Below, one piece after another: positions 50,476 through 64,000 of a DNA stretch of 64,000 bases. The notes below the pieces were generated by a model, which did no database searches, had not been told where the DNA came from, and was given only the letters and a program-made list of their open reading frames with translations. This DNA is from the human T2T-CHM13v2.0 reference genome, Homo sapiens: NCBI RefSeq assembly GCF_009914755.1, contig NC_060925.1; one strand, given 5' to 3'. Each line of letters begins with the position of its first letter. Position 1 is the first letter of the stretch. The position numbers and the translations under genes were made by a program.

Positions 50476-50582
50476 GGTTCATATTGTTACTGACAGGCTT
50501 CAATTATGCCTAATCATAAGAAATATTTGTGCAGCCTCCAATATCTCCTTTTTGTTTTAAATTAATTGAGCAAGGCAATTGC

Positions 50583-51580
50583 CACAAACCTCTCTTCACC
50601 ACAGTCACCCATACACCCTCTCCAGCCTCTGGTATCTATTATTCTACTCTCTACCTCAACAAGGTGAACTTTTTGAGCTCCCATATAGGAGTGAGAACAT
50701 GCCCTTTCTTTCTGTGCCTGGCTCATTTGATGTTACACTGTGACCTCCAGTTCCATCCATGTTGCTGCAAATGAAAGGATTTTGTTATTTTGTATGGCCA
50801 AATAGTATTCCATGGTGTATATATGCCACATTTTTTTTTTTTCATTTCCTGACTGATGGACACTTAGGTTGATTTGATGGTTCTGCAATTGTGGATAGTG
50901 CTGCATTAAACACAGGGGTGCAGGTATCCCTCTGATATCTGGATTTCCTTTGTTTTGGATAAATACCCAGCTGTGGGATTGCCGGATTCAATGGTAGCTC
51001 TACCTTTAGTTATCAGAGTGGGCAGGGGTTTGTTTGTTTTGTTTTGAGAAATCTCCATGCTATTTTTCATGATGACTGTACTTATTTACCTTCCCACCAA
51101 TGGTGTCTAAGTCTTCCCTTTTGTCTATCTGCTTGCCAGGATTGGTTATTTTTCCTTCTGTTTAATGATAGTCATCCTAATTGGGGTAAGATGACAGCTC
51201 ATCGTGGTTTCAATTTGCATTTCCCTGATAATTGGTGATGTTGAGCATTTTCTTCTTACACGTATTGGTTGGCCATTCCTATGTATTCTTTGCCCACTTG
51301 TTAATGGGTTTAGATGGTATTTGTATGTGGTGGTGGTCAGCTGTGTGTGTGTGTGTGTTCCTGGGCTTGCTCACTGTTGATATGTTTGAGTTTCTTGTGT
51401 ATTCTGGATGTGAAAATGAATCTTGAGAGTTCTGGCTAGTTAGACTAACCTGGCAATGGAGGTTGAAGTGTGGAGAGAGAGGATCCTTTGGGGAAAACTG
51501 AACAGTCAAACTGACCAGGAGTGTGTGTGGTGGGGGGATGGGCATCAGGATAGACTTCTGGCTGACATTTGTTTTTCACA
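50583..51580 (-). repeat. inverted degenerate copy of array unit ~3945-4898 with uninterrupted L1 (L1 ~50583-51420)
   Basis: reverse complement shares ctctcaagattcattttcacatccagaata and aacatcaaatgagcc...gggtgactgtggtgaagagagg with the unit. Confidence 0.88.
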
Positions 51581-52129
51581 CAAAGAACAACAAGAACAAC
51601 ACACACACTAACAATGGATGTATGTACGCAGACAGAGACACTTATAGAGAATTGGCCAGGACTTTGCCACAGCAATCCTTCTGTCAATGGAATCTTTGTG
51701 ACTGAAAGGTTACTTTTCTCTCTGCTGAGGGCATCTTTGTCTACTGGTTTTGCCACGTGTCAGAGTCTGTGATTTCTGAGGATAACACTTATGCCATCAA
51801 GTGCTCAGGCTGTTTCACTGGTTCCAGATCCTGAGCTGTGTGTATAAAAAGTTGAGGTTGTGTACTCTCATTTATGTTTCAAAAATTTCATTTAATTTAC
51901 ATATATTTATAGTGAAATGAGAAATCTTACTCATTTTTGGGATGTTGATGTATTAGTCTTTAATCAGGTATTTCTGCAAATGAGAAATCTTACATACTCA
52001 TTTTGGGGTCTTTGAAGATGTATTAGTCTTTAATCAGATATTTCTGCAAGCATTCAGTGTGTCTTATCATTTGCAGCTTGGTGGACAGCCTGTGGATAAA
52101 GTGAAGGTAAATGCTGTCTAAAATGAGGA

Positions 52130-52425
52130 GAGGACACACACAAACACACTGAAAAGAAGTCCATCTGAAGGTGTAGACAGAGACTCAAGTCATGTTGCCA
52201 AAGACCAAGGAATGTCAAGGATATCTGGGAGTCAGCAGAAGGTAGGAGGAGGCAAAGAAGGATTCTTCCCTAGTGGAAGCATGGGAAGCCTTTAGTGGGA
52301 GCATGGTCCTGCTGACATCTTGATTTCACACTTTTAATTTCCAGATCTGTGATAGAACAAATTTCTGTCATTTTATGCCACCCAGTTTGTGATAATTTGT
52401 TGCAGCCATCCTGGGAAAAGAATAA
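52130..52425 (+). mobile_element. MaLR LTR (MLT1-type) fragment
   Basis: aaggattcttccctag...gagcatggtcctgctgacatcttgatttc...aaatttctg...ccacccagtttgtg. Confidence 0.7.
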
Positions 52426-52635
52426 TACTTGCAAACTCATCTAGATTTTGTCTTTAACATCCTATTATATATCCTTTATCACATGTCCATCCATCTATGC
52501 AAACTTCTAATTTGTGATATTTTTTAGCCTTTGGTATTATTTTAAATATTTGGTAGTGCAGCATTGCTGAAGGTCTGAGAAAATGGTCACTATTATCGTT
52601 TTTTTTTGAATGTGAAATTATAGTACTGTTACTGC

Positions 52636-53346
52636 TGTTACTGTACGGGAATCCTAGGTTCTTCTTAACTTGGAAGAAGGAATGCAGCCAAGAGACGTAT
52701 AGCAAGGGTTAAGTAGCAGAGTTTATTGAAGAAAGACAAAGTACATGCCTAGAGAGGAGTAGAAAACAGCTCCAAGCTGGCCTGGCTGAAAAAATAGTAG
52801 TAGTAGTATCTATTTAAGTAGACATTACACTCTGAAAGATGAGTCTGAGTGGGTTGCTCAAAAGAATAAGCCAGCAGCTGGTAGTGCTGGGTGACTCTCT
52901 CTATGAGAATCTTACATAATTATTCATGAAAGGGCTTGAGGGGGTGTCACTTGCAAGCATGTTTTGGGAGGTCCCTTTGGGCATGCATGCTCTGTGGTTG
53001 TACATGCTGGTATACATGTTGCAGGCCTAATTAGCATTTAAAATCTCCACCTAAGGGTGTGTTTTTACTGTTAAAATGAGCAAAAGTATAGTCTAGGGCA
53101 AGTTTTTGGAGGATTGCGTTTGCCAGTGGGGAAAATCCCTAGCATGGTTATCTCTAGCTAGGGCCTGATAAGTCCCCTTCAGGGCTGGAGGAGCCTAACC
53201 ACAAGGCCAGATGTAGCCAATTTAGCCATTGTCTTTTTGGTGATTGTCCGTGGGCAGCACTGACTATAGTGGGCAGCATCTCCAGGACTTCTTTCTCCAG
53301 GGGGCTCCCTTGCCTGCTCATTTCTGGCTGTCTACCTAATCTAACA
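52636..53346 (-). mobile_element. solo ERV1-type LTR, family not assigned
   Basis: tgtta...taaca termini; tttatt (AATAAA on the minus strand) ~52722; possible degraded TSD ctgc/ctac. Confidence 0.55.
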
Positions 53347-53620
53347 CTACAAAGTTTTGGAATAAAAATTTGGAAGAATGCGTCTAAATCTTAATGTTTA
53401 TTCTTAACCCTAACAATTCCACTCTAGATATTTATCTTACTCAAATATTTGCACCCATTGGCAAAGTTGTATCTTCATTGCTTCATTATCTCTAATATAG
53501 AAAATTAGGAAATATGCCACATATTTATAGTTAAGAGCCTGTATATGAGCTACATGACACTATGTGGCAGTTTAAAAGTATAAGGGAGGAGTAGGTAAGT
53601 ACATATGTCAGTGATACTTT

Positions 53621-54196
53621 TGTGGTAGTCAACCTCTAAAACAGCCTCTAATTATCCCACCTTCTTATATTCATACCCCCTGCAGATCGCTCCCACATCA
53701 TATCACAATTTGTCTTTGTAAAAATAGAATATGGCAAAAATGTAGGTACATCTCTTCTAATATTAGGTTGTAAAAGCCTATGGCTTCATCTTAGGCTCCC
53801 TGTCCCTCTTTCTCTGTCTCTCTCATAATCCACTTTTCACAGAAGCCAAACATCATTTTGTGAGGACACACAGGTACTTCGAAGAAGCCAGTAGACATTT
53901 TGTAGGACATACAGGCAGCCGATGGAGAGGCCCACATGTGGAAGAGCTAAGGCTACCTAAGTGAGCAACCACCAGAATGAGCTTGGAATGGCATGCTCCA
54001 GCCTCAGTTGAAACTTCAAATAATGGCAGCCCCAGCTAACAGCTTGACTGTAACCTCATGAGGACCCTGTGCCAGAACCATGAGGCTAAGCTACTCCTGA
54101 TTCCTAACCCACAGAAACTGTGACATAATAAATATTTGTTAGCTTAAATTGGTAAGTTTTACAGTAACTTATTATGCAGTCATAGATAACTAATAT
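53621..54196 (+). mobile_element. MaLR LTR (MLT1E/F-like)
   Basis: tgtggtag...gaggcccacatgtggaagagct...cccacagaaactgtga...atagataactaata. Confidence 0.7.
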
Positions 54197-54414
54197 AAGT
54201 AGTTCATTAGAAAAGTAAATGGTATCAAAGTATAATCATATAGGTGATAATAAATCATGTGTATGTATTTTTCACATAACCCCCTGAAATTCATGACATG
54301 ATAATATGATGAGTAGGGATTTATGTCATTTGTCTTTCTGTATTAAATATTTTTACAATTAGCTTCATTTAACAGCTTTATTGACATGTAATCAACAAAC
54401 AATAAAATGTACAT

Positions 54415-54811
54415 ATGTTGATGTTCTATCTCCTAGTACCTGCAAGTGTGAGCTTATTTACAAATGAGACTTCTGCTTTCTACATAGTTAGTTAAGATTA
54501 GGTCATATTGCAGTAGAGTGGGCCCCTATCTAATATGACTTGTGTCCTAATTTAAAAAGTGAAATTTGGATAGAAAGACAGACATACAGACAAGGAGAAC
54601 ACCATGAGAAGTTGGAGCTCTGCTGCCATATGCTGAGGAACTACCAGAACCTAGGAAAGTGGCCTGGAACAGATCTTTCCCTAGTGCCTTCACCCTACTG
54701 ACACCTTGATCTTGGACTTTTGGCCTCCAGAACTGTAAGACAATAAATTTCTGTTTTTTAAGACACCTAGTTTTTGGTACTTTGTTACGGCAGCTCTAGA
54801 AAACTAATACA
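54415..54811 (+). mobile_element. MaLR LTR (MLT1A/B-like)
   Basis: gacaccttgatcttggacttttggcctccagaactgtaagacaataaatttctg...tttgttacggcagc...aaactaataca. Confidence 0.75.
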
Positions 54812-55121
54812 TTGGGTTAAATAAAATATATTGTTAAAATTAATTTTAAAAATGTAAAATTGAATTTCTTATATTTCTATTGGTATATTTTAGAGGTATA
54901 TTCTAGAGGTATATTTAGCAACAAATTTATCCTGTCAGGTTTAACAGGAAGTGATTTCTTCTCCAAGTGCTTTATGTGGGGACGCCTATTTACTTCACGT
55001 CCCCAGTTAATATAGAAAGTCAATCTATAATCAGCAAACAGCAAACAGCAACTGGTATTGCTTTGGTATTTACCTAGACACTCTTCCACTGATCTGTAAT
55101 CCAAATCTCAAACTCTCAGGT

Positions 55122-55228
55122 CTCTCTTTTTCTTTTTTTTTTTTGAGACGGAGTCTCGCTCTGTCGCCCAGGCTGGAGGGCAGTGGCGCGATCTCGGCTC
55201 ACTGCAAGCTCCGCCTCCCGGGTTCACG
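55122..55228 (-). mobile_element. 5'-truncated AluY (3' ~85 nt plus tail) with TSD actctcaggt
   Basis: gagacggagtctcgc...gcaagctccgcctcccgggttcacg; TSD at 55112-55121 and 55229-55238. Confidence 0.88.
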
Positions 55229-56099
55229 ACTCTCAGGTATTCTTGATAATGTATTTGGAAAAATTATCTGTCTTTGACATCTGATACTCTCTCCTGAACA
55301 CAATTCTTTGTTTGAACTTAAAATTCATGCACCTTCAGCTATAGAGATTTTAAAAATATTTTTAGAAAGCTATGATTTTTTAAATTTATTTTAAATTTTT
55401 TTCATGGATATTTTTGCTATCAACATACCAATAACCATCCATCATCCATGACCCCATAGAACCATATCAATTTGGCTGACCTGCTTGATTTTGATACTAG
55501 GGGTGGAGAACTAAACACAAGCTATATTGTTCAGAAAGCAGTCAATCAATGGGAACGTAAACATTGTTCTATGAGCCATGGTGAGCATTTTAGTACCAGT
55601 TGCTTTGACAATTTTCTAGGCAAATATCATCTTGACTGTATGCAATGGTATTAAACTTCAGGGACAAATTGTTGACTTATTTATAAGTTGATGAAGGTTC
55701 TGTGTGCTCTTTGAAGTTCTGGCCTGCAAGAACTTTCTCATCCTATCTTCTAATGAAACAATATAGAAAACTAAACTTTGGGGGAATATTTACCCCCAAA
55801 AATCACTTTAGAGAAGCTGATATTAGATAGATAAGCTGATATTACATAGAAAAATCAGTAATTATGATAAAGTCGGATGCTCAACAAATAGTATTCTTGT
55901 CTTCCTGTGCCCATTTACCCAATTCAGCAAAAATAAGTGTAATGAATCTATTAGAATTTCTGCCCTAGAGAAACTTTCATTCTGAAGGTCTTACTCTTGA
56001 ATTATGGAAAAACTAACAACAGAGACAATTAGATACATGGACATGATAAAATATGTCTTGAGTAGGCAGTGCAGATAACTGAATGGAGACAATGAGGTA

Positions 56100-56200
56100 G
56101 AGTAGCATGGGAGAGGTCTGCCTTGGGTCAACTCACAATTCTTTTCTGAGCTGTGGTTTCCTTATTTGTAAAATGAAGGGGTTGGATTTCAATGTTCTAT
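56100..56200 (+). mobile_element. MIR fragment
   Basis: tctgagctgtggtttccttatttgtaaaatgaagggg resembles the MIR core. Confidence 0.5.
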
Positions 56201-56874
56201 TCCTGTGATTTATAAATAAACCTTCTGCCCTTAAATTCTGATGTCAGCAGCTGGAATTAGCTGTCATCAGATGTCATCCTCCACATTTTTCTCTGTCTTT
56301 CCTTTTTTTTTTGGCAATGCATAAATCTATTATAAAATTTATCAAAAATTCAAAATTTTGAGACAAGATGCAGCACTTAAGTACTCTTGCATCCAGGGAG
56401 AATAAACATTCCTATGCTTATTTAGGTAATGTTAACTTGAACCCCTAGGAGCCAAACTATATTAGAAACAATTATGGTAAGGGATAACTATAGCTGTTAA
56501 GAGGGATTTTGGTAACACTAAACTAACAATTGAGGTTATGCTAATGAAATAATAAAAAATCGATTACAAAGAAAGTTGAGATGAAGAGATTTTAAGAGGG
56601 TGTTGAGTACCCCCTTGTACATGTGAAAGTTACCAGGTTACAGCAAAATAAAGGAATTTTGTTTGCAAACCTCTACCTACAAAAAACCTGGGGGCAGGGG
56701 CAAAGGCATTCAAGCTTGGAACTCTCAGAAGCCTAAGGGTTCTAGGATTTCTAACTCTCAAGAGAAATGATGAAACTCTGACCATATGGGGAAGGAGTGC
56801 AATGCTTCTAAGAAGGGTTCGGAGGGATCTCACACATGAGTTTCCAGATGTCTTCAGCCCCATCAAGGGTATAA

Positions 56875-57199
56875 GAGCAGCTCTGTCCAATACATATACC
56901 ACATAAATCACATATATAGTTTAATATTTTCTAGTAGCCACATTAAAAAGAGTAAAAAGAACCAAGATAGTAATTTTATTAATATTTTATATAACCAACA
57001 TATTCAAAATATCATTTAACATGTAATTAGTATAAAATATTAATGAGATATCTAATATTCATTTTTTCATACTGTTTTCAAAAGCCACTGTGTATTTTAT
57101 GCTTATAGCACATTTCAGTTTGGACTAACCACATTTTTTAACCACATTTTTTAATAGCCATATGTGGCTGATGACTCCCATCATATTGGACAGCAAAGG
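56875..57199. mobile_element. hAT-Charlie MITE (MER33/MER3-like)
   Basis: terminal inverted ctgtccaata...tattggacag; internal tagccacatt/aatagcca motifs. Confidence 0.72.
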
Positions 57200-57844
57200 T
57201 CTGGAGGAAGACAATGTATAAAATTACTAATTCCCCAAAAAGGTCAAGATTGGTCCCTGTTCCCTGGGACCAAGACCTTAGATTACCCAGGACTTCTACC
57301 ATAACCCACTTTATCCGGGTCAAGAAAGGCCATATATTTGGAGTAATGCGTGGCTTCTCTAGGCAACCTCAATTCCATCAGCTGGGGTCAGCACACTCAG
57401 AATGAACTCAGGACTTACAACCAGTCTTTTGTTAACAGGCATCAAGAGAGAGCCCCAGATTACCACTGTCCTCTACATGCCAACACTCATAGCTTCACTG
57501 GCATTACTCATCTTGAATATCTCATGATATCCTTTATCCATGTTTATGCCAGTCAACACAAGAAGCATTATTCTCCCAGGTCATCTCCTGCATTCAAATC
57601 TGCATAAAACTCTACCACTGACTGCAGTAGCATCAAAGACCCCAAACAAAAATGCCCAACTGAGCCCAGTCAACCCACAGAAGAAGCATAAGAGATAATA
57701 AGAAATTGGTTGTTTTAAGCCATTAAGTTTTGGGGTGGTTTTTTATGGTGCAATAAACAACTGAGACATTTAGGTTAAAAATCTTGGACTCATCTCCTTC
57801 CCATATCTAGTCTTATCAGGAAATTCTGGTGGTTTTATCTTCAT

Positions 57845-58896
<1,052 letters not shown>

Positions 58897-59748
58897 AATC
58901 TGTTGTCTGGGTGCTCTGAGGCTGTTTCCCAGGCAATTCTCACAATTATACCTGAGGACACCCCTCTGAGGCTCTGTTTGCACTTTGTCATTCTAATGGG
59001 TCAGAGGCATATCTAATCACAGGAAAAATAACATTGCCCAATATAATAATGAGAGAAGATATTCTTTTCCAATGGCAGTTGTGCTCAGACACATTTTAAC
59101 TCTCCTGCCTCAGGGAGCATTTCCTATATATGAACTTCTTCCACAGAAAGGGGAAGACTTTGTATCTTTGTTTTTGTGGGCCATACTGTTTCTATTCCTG
59201 ATCTTGTTCACAGGTTATCATAATCCTTAAACTCTTTTAGGTCTTTTGCACTAAGTTTGAAATCCTCTTCAACACCACAGGAATGCTGCTCCTGAGATCT
59301 GGATGCTGAATAGAATTTCTATAAGTTCTGGAAAACCTGTTGGGGTAGGTGGTTAGGAAATCTTACAGCAGGATTGTTAAAAATCCAAGCCTCGTAGGAT
59401 TTCCTCCTACAAAGGAACTGCTACAGTTCTGACCACTAACCTGAAATAACAGAACAAGTCACCAGGAGATGTGTGTACACAAGGGCCCTGAATCTTCTTG
59501 GAGTGAACTCCTCTTCCCCTGCCTATCATACATTTAAATATTAAATCCAAATACATATTTCTTCTCTCAAGAACTGTTCCTTTACAAAACCTGTCTATAA
59601 AGCCTGCAAAAACAACTAATCTTCTTAGGTTCTTTGTAAATTCTATTGCCTGCCTTTCTCAATATCAAAACAGACAAAAAAACAAAAATAAAACCTTGGG
59701 CCCCCCTAGAATATGGGATGACTCATGGTACTCTGCTAGGTCACATTT

Positions 59749-59845
59749 ACACACACACACAGAGATACATACACACACAAACACATACAGATACATACAC
59801 ATACACACACACATGCACACATATACACATATATACACACACACA
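59749..59845 (+). repeat. imperfect (CA)n/(CATA)n repeat
   Basis: read directly. Confidence 0.9.
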
Positions 59846-60289
59846 TTTTTCTCTAGAAAAATATACCCTTTCCTAATTTTCCCTAGAAGGGGAAAAGTAT
59901 ACATCTATTGGCTTTTGATATGTCATTTAAATTTTTAGTAGGTTCCCTTTTATATTTCTTCCTCAAAAATGCCTTTTTCTTCTATTCTTGTAGTCTGAAT
60001 TCCAATTTCTGTTCGGTCTCTACTTGCAGTGTGGTAAGACTATAGTGCACTCTCAGCACATTGTGAGTAGTAACAAGCCAAAAACCAGGGGTCATGTCCA
60101 GGTTCAGATGCTCATGTGGGAGAGGTAAAATATTGATATATAGAGGCAAAAGTGGAGTAAGGGGGAAGGCAAAGGCTGGAGCTGAAGTTTTGAAAGAAAC
60201 ATACCTTATTTAATGCTACTGACTGCTCAGAAGTCCTAGCATGTTTAATTTGCCAGAACTTCTTAATATCAAATTGCTCTTGTGTCTGA

Positions 60290-60597
<308 letters not shown>

Positions 60598-61877
60598 GGT
60601 TCTCTTGAATCCTTTGTTGTGTAGTAATGAATAGTTTTCTATCTTCTTTAGTATTAAGAAATGGCTTTTCTGATCTTCTGAGAAACTAAAACATTATTTC
60701 TAATTTTAGATTTCCCCTCACTTCTCAAGGCCTCAAACACAATATCCTCTAATGACATTGTCTTTGGGGTGACCCAAAATTATCATTTATTTCTTACTTA
60801 TGAGCAGAGAGTTTGCAGCTTTTACTTGCCTTGTCTCTTTTAATACCTACAGCCACCCCCTGGGAGCAGAGGAGGGAGTGTGTATAAAGTATCACATTTC
60901 CACAGTTTGCCATTTATTTCCACTTAAGCTGATTACAGGTTGTGTTTACTTTTCGTTATTCCACAGCATCTCTTTAGCTCTGTTTCAATGGTAAATCCCT
61001 CCAACGTGCCAGTCTTTCTCCCTCAACTGGATTCGATCTGAAAAGTAACTTAATAAAATCCTAACTGTAGACTCCCTCTCCCTTGGGGTCAAACTAGAAC
61101 CCCACTGAGGAAGGAACTCCTACAAACAAAAAAGCAGGAGTAGCCCTTCTTGAGCTGGCTTGACATTATTGATTCTGCGTGGGTGCCAACATCCCAGTCA
61201 TCTCAAAGAGGAGATTTTGTGAATGAAACAACATGAAGAGGTGAACTGTCTTTTGAGAACATAAGCCAGAGGTAGATGTCCTGGGAATGTGAGTGCTACA
61301 GCACTGGGTAGGTGAAAGGAGATGCCTACTTCCACACTCAAACAGAACACTGCACCTCATGATTTGCTGTGCAGTGGGAGTGGGTGGTTGACCTAGAGGC
61401 TTTGATTCAGACCCACATCACAATTTCCCTCTAGAATCTTCTTATTTAATAACTGCTGACCCTGCTATAATAGGTCTCTGGGGGATACACCAATTCTCTT
61501 TCAATGTTCTGGCCAAAGAGTGGACAAAAATCCCTTCCCTTGATTTCCCAAGACTTGGGACTCTCAAGATATTTTACTAAATGACAATGAAAAACAAATA
61601 AATTTAAAAAATTATAAAAAAAATAATATCCATTGCAGAGGGTACAACAGTTACTTAGGAATGAGGAATACAAAGTATTGTGAAAAGTCTGAAGAATTGA
61701 CAAATATTTGTGGCTGGTTTCTAGGAAATTTCTCCTTGCTGAGAATAGCTTTATCTGGCTACCCAGAAGGTTTAAGTCCCTTCCACAGAGTCAGTTCCTA
61801 GGAGTCACTCAGGATGTGGTCTTGGTGATTGGGCAGAATATATTGCTATAAAGTCTGAGAAAAGTTTTAGGAAAAGT

Positions 61878-62008
61878 GCTGGGCTCAGTGACTCATGCCT
61901 GTAATCCCAGCTCTTAAGGAGGCAGAGGTGAGAGGATAGCTTGAGTCCAGGAGTTCGAGACCTGCCTGGGCAATATAGTGAGCACTCATTCTCAAAGAAA
62001 AAAAAACA
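61878..62008 (+). mobile_element. Alu monomer (FLAM-like)
   Basis: gctgggctcagtgactcatgcctgtaatcccagc...ggagttcgagacc...A tail; single monomer. Confidence 0.8.
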
Positions 62009-63485
62009 TTTTAAGAAAAGTTTAAACATATTTGTGTTTTTTAAAGGCTACCTTAGATACAAAATCATTGTCCTGAAATTTTACAGTTGGACTGAGGTGG
62101 GGTATAGTATATCTCTTGGGTAAGCAGAGTATAGATGGCCTGAGAACAATTTGTTGCTCCTTCCTTTGCCACCTGCATATGTGAGGATAACATTCTTTTG
62201 CCTGTATAGAAATGAAGTGTGCATTTAATTTTCAGTGTATGGGTATTCCCCTAGGAATCTCTCTAGTCCTAGCCATGATCACAATGTCTGAATCTACCAT
62301 AACCAGCCCCCTCTCAGACCCATATACCCTGTCACATTCTCTGTAAGATACTCTCCACAGAATATGTCTCTAGCTCTGCTGGCACCTCCCTGGGGGTCTT
62401 TACTAGCTTACTCCCAACTTGCCACTCCATGGAGCATACGTTGCTATACTTCCCACCCTGGACTGCATCCTGTATGCCTTGACTCTCAGGAGGTCCAGAC
62501 TATGGGCATGATAACTAGCAACCACTATGGCGAGCAAGATTCCCACTGCACCAACAGTGGCTCTCCACCTGCTCTGGGAAACATTCTTCCTTAGGCACTG
62601 GGAATGAGCACCCTTTTCAGGTAAAATACCACCCACTAAATACAGGGGTGTCACTATCTTCTCACAGGCCCATCCATAAAAGAGTAGCATAAAGATAGTA
62701 ATTAAATTATTTAACATTTTCTGATATTTTTGTTATTATTCTAAGTACTTTATACAATTAATTTATCTGACATTATTTAACCTTCAAAACAACTCTATAA
62801 GGCAGTTACTATTTTATTTTATTAAATTTACAAAAATAATAATTTTTTTATTTAATAAAATCCCCCATTTTATTTACTTTTTAATTAATTTTATAGAGAT
62901 GAGATTTCACTCTGTTGCCCAGGATGGTCTTGAACTGTCTCTATTATCTTCTAATCTTGACTTTTTTCCTTATACGCTACAATACTCCAATGAATATTCT
63001 TGTTGATTTTTTTTTTCACACCTAAGTGTTTCTATTGGATGTATTTTTTGAAATGGAATTTTTAGGTGATAAGGCTTACAAATTTCAAATGTTTAATAGA
63101 TAGTGCCTAAATCCCCTTCAAAAATGTTTGCCAATTTATAACCCCATTATTTGTGTTCCATTTTTGAAAGATATAAATATGTGTGCAAATCAACTGCTCC
63201 GCATGGGTAGTTCCTTACAATTTCTGTAATGGAAAACATAGAGGGAAAACTACTTGCAGTTTCAGTGGGAGAAAAGGTTCCCGTTTCAAGAAAAGAAAAT
63301 TTCAGTAGGAGAAAATATTGTGAAAAACAAGGTAATTTTCTACTTTAAGTTTCTGTCCTATGGGTATAAAAAATAGCTGGACATTATCTTCTTCCCAGGC
63401 TCTTCTCCCCTCTTCTCCGTCAGGCTGCATTGCTGGTCATTTTTGGCTCCTGTTGGAAGCAAACTGCTCTAATGCCTTTGGATAA

Positions 63486-63813
<328 letters not shown>

Positions 63814-64000
63814 GACCAGGAATTATCTTAAACAGAAAAAGAATACTCTAAGGAGGGGTATACCGGCCAGCAGAACAGTAACCCCTCCCCGGGGTTTTCA
63901 CAAGGACACAAGCTGGTGTGTAATAGACTTATCTATAAAGCAGACTCAACTCCTAACTGGAATTGTTCCTGATTGGTTAGCAGAAACAGAATTGAGGACT

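Noticed and set aside
63815-64000. Possible FCGR2A promoter at the window end
   Set aside because: Suggested only by remembered locus order; no exon or diagnostic motif is visible in the window.

Overview
Primate (human-like) genomic DNA with no credible protein-coding exons. Bases 1-31448 are the right-hand end of a near-perfect ~7.4-kb tandem array (period 7406, 7406, 7406, 7397 bp, then a partial fifth unit). Each unit carries five tRNA genes: Leu-CAG(+), Gly-GCC(+), Glu-CTC(-), Gly-TCC(-), Asp-GTC(-). Each unit also has a CpG island, microsatellites, a MER11-type LTR fragment and an old L1 3' end. This matches the known human 1q23.3 tRNA VNTR (recognised from memory, not by search). Two array tRNA copies carry structural lesions: Glu G53A in unit 3 and a 1-nt deletion in the Leu anticodon stem in unit 4. 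The array ends at a HERV9/LTR12 provirus whose 5' LTR lacks U3 and which is flanked by a 214-bp duplication instead of a short TSD. Beyond it lie a CpG-decayed orphan unit with a degenerate Gly-GCC gene, a truncated minus-strand Pro-primed ERV1 (HUERS-P3/LTR9-like), and an inverted, older copy of part of the unit. That inverted copy lacks MER11 and is interrupted by an HML-6-like ERV with a fold-back duplication. The last ~12 kb is ordinary AT-rich interspersed-repeat DNA (MaLR, hAT, L2, MIR, Alu). I found no new biological system. The interesting signal is the record of concerted evolution, GC-biased turnover and boundary rearrangement of the tRNA array.
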